A stretch of 64,000 nt of DNA from a virus, in IMG/VR virus record IMGVR_UViG_3300050034_000334. One strand, 5' to 3'. Position numbers and translations under genes: made by a program. The notes under the pieces are model-generated. The model was not told the origin of the DNA and did not search any database. It saw only the letters and a list, made by a program, of their open reading frames with translations. The stretch's first letter is position 1; each line of letters opens with the position of its first letter. Below are positions 63,263 to 64,000 of this stretch, piece after piece.

Positions 63263-63946
63263 CTAGATGGGGACTTCTTCCCACGTGATGCGACCATAGA
63301 CGCTGAAGGTGGTGGTGGAGATAGTGTTCAGCAGAGCCAATACACCACCTGGAGGAACGATAAGTCCACCATCAAAATTCTGCACTCCACCTATGAGTGG
63401 CGCTATGGAAGTGTTGGCGATGGTGCCGTAAGCCAGAGATCCGGGAGTCGGAATATCAGATGCCGCGAAAATAACGAGGTTGTTGGTGAGACCAGTGAGG
63501 GCCGTCGCTGGTGTAAAATACTTGGCCTGAGAACCAGAACCAGTGAGCGTCTTTACGTTTGTTGGTGTAGTACCAGTAGAAATACCACCATTGCTGGCTG
63601 ATGCAGCCCAAACCAGAGCACCAGGAGGTGCTGGAGTAGTGGCAGTGTTATACATCATCTGCAACGATGCCTGCAGAAGTACCAAGTTTACGGTGTTGGA
63701 CAAATTGTTCCACAACCCAAGAATCGGAGTTGCAGTGGCCGTCAACCCGATGGTGTTGGCAGACAAAGCTGTGACTGCGTTGATGCCACCTGTGAACACG
63801 TTGCCACGATAGGCCTGTTCATAGAATCTGCCGTGCAACTCCGACATAATGACGTCGCCAAGGTTGCCTGAACGCATGGCCGCGACTGTGCCGGGAGCAA
63901 TTGAAGCTGTGGTTGCAATTGGACCAACCTGAGTTTGAACCTGCAT
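63263..63946 (-). CDS. beta-rich virion structural protein
   Basis: AAGGAG RBS; Thr/Gly/Ala-rich; LIVPPGG...ITWEEVP terminus. Confidence 0.75.
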   Translation of the reverse strand: MQVQTQVGPIATTASIAPGTVAAMRSGNLGDVIMSELHGRFYEQAYRGNVFTGGINAVTALSANTIGLTATATPILGLWNNLSNTVNLVLLQASLQMMYNTATTPAPPGALVWAASASNGGISTGTTPTNVKTLTGSGSQAKYFTPATALTGLTNNLVIFAASDIPTPGSLAYGTIANTSIAPLIGGVQNFDGGLIVPPGGVLALLNTISTTTFSVYGRITWEEVPI

Positions 63947-64000
63947 ATGACTTTCTCCTTAACCGAATACAGTCGCGATCGGATCGTTGCGGAGTGATGA

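Noticed and set aside
1..64000. Stop-codon reassignment (alternative genetic code)
   Set aside because: Core genes (polymerase, terminase, portal) are intact in code 11, and TAA, TAG and TGA all end genes at tight junctions

Overview
This window is part of a large tailed dsDNA phage genome (jumbo-like, about 50% GC, standard genetic code). The host may be Acidobacteriota, judging by the NDK sequence and signal-peptide style. Recognisable core genes are portal, terminase large subunit, family A DNA polymerase, a stand-alone CHC2 zinc finger, a frameshifted NDK, Dps, a thymine-hypermodification enzyme (5-hmdU kinase/aGPT-PPlase1 type), a Toprim protein, and tail/baseplate and receptor-binding proteins. 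There are about nine free-standing putative endonucleases and one LAGLIDADG intein. The most striking novelty is at 3277-4480: an uncharacterised coiled-coil gene is followed by a ~320-nt structured non-coding RNA containing a circularly permuted tRNA (3' half with CCA first, then 5' half). The same 6-nt NGRYTN motif is arrayed in the RNA linkers and directly over the gene's ribosome-binding region, suggesting an autoregulated ribonucleoprotein. Other themes are modular polyproteins punctuated by K/R-x-A/G motifs and sharing an SKLL-type leader, two promoter classes (one with RBS-sequestering hairpins), sigma-like fusion proteins and several frameshifts. All family assignments are from motif recognition by eye, not database searches.
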